Of a DNA stretch of 64,000 bases, positions 63,261 through 64,000 are shown piece after piece. The translations under genes were made by a program, and so were the position numbers. The notes beneath the pieces were generated by a model that ran no database searches, was not told the origin of the DNA, and worked only from the letters and a program-made list of their open reading frames with translations. Source of the DNA: Octopus bimaculoides (Eukaryota); NCBI RefSeq assembly GCF_001194135.2, contig NC_068982.1, forward strand, positions 43,422,005 to 43,486,004, in the 5' to 3' direction. How positions within the stretch are numbered: the first letter of the stretch is position 1; each line of letters starts with the position of its first letter.

Positions 63261-64000
63261 ATTCCACTTACTCCCACTCAGTCTGAAAGCCTATCAATTT
63301 GACGTAGGGCGTGTCGCGTTATAAATGCATGATTCACACCAATCTCCACGTACATTCTTCACATATATATACACGCATATACATAATATATAAACATACA
63401 CAAAAAACAACGTGTGTGTATACACACTCACACATAAGTATATATATATATACTTATGTGTGAGTGTATATATATACTTATGTGTGTGTATATATATATT
63501 TCTATGAAAGAGATATTTTACACGTGAAAAGGAATGAGGAAGAAGCCATTTTCTTCACACGCTATTATCTTTTTTCTATACTTAATTTTTCATTAATTCT
63601 TTCTTATCAATTTTCGTTCTCCTCTCCTCCCCACCCCCATCTTACCTTCTGTCCACTCCACCTTTCAATTGGTTAAGCAGAAATTTAAGAACAAAAGCAA
63701 AATAGGTTTTGTAGGTGGATGGAGATGATGGGTGGGTGCGCGGGGGTGTGCGTGTGTGTGTGTGTGTGTGTGGTACAAAAAAATGTAATAAAATAAAAAT
63801 TCCAGCACTCACCATCATCATCATCGTTACCACCTTCATCTTCACCACCATCGCACTCATCATTAACACCACTACCCATCGTATTCATTGCTATCTCCAC
63901 CGCTAACAGAACCCACCACCACCATCATCATCATCGCTATCATCACCAAAAACATTATTGGAAGTGTTTGCAAGTTTGCAGTAAATTGTTGATGCTAATA

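Noticed and set aside
62689-63324. 211-aa ORF and neighbouring ORFs; poly-S/L ORFs at 28363-29057
   Set aside because: Translations of microsatellite and CT-rich low-complexity DNA.
63685-63900. Acidic exon (DECDGGEDEGGNDDDD) ending at a GTGAGT donor
   Set aside because: Composed of degenerate GAT/GGT triplet repeats common throughout this sequence; no acceptor or homology support.

Overview
This is AT-rich eukaryotic draft-assembly DNA with 11 N-gaps, dominated by interspersed repeats and microsatellites. The SINE/LINE families and repeat style look like an octopus (coleoid cephalopod) genome; that is recognition, not a database result. I cannot confidently identify any host protein-coding gene, rRNA, true tRNA gene or CRISPR array, and most listed ORFs are gap or microsatellite artefacts. 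Supported features: many tRNA-headed SINEs (provisional labels SINE-A, -B, -C, -D), RTE-type LINE fragments, a full-length decayed maT (DD37D) Tc1/mariner transposon (16350-17587), several MITEs (pogo-like, Tc1-like, hAT-like, piggyBac-like) and a possible solo LTR. Best second-look items: (1) a sharply bounded CpG-depleted domain of about 21 kb (31.4-52.6 kb) that looks like a methylated gene body, with a candidate minus-strand initiator and two small exons at its right edge; (2) an inverted duplication with 600-700 bp arms (36700-37410 / 39600-40213) in which one arm has grown an 18-bp minisatellite; (3) a head-to-tail array of about 11 same-orientation SINEs with different triplet tails; (4) a 66-bp-period hairpin array in the RTE 3' UTR; (5) closely spaced inverted SINE pairs that could form dsRNA. 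I do not see clear evidence for a wholly new biological system.
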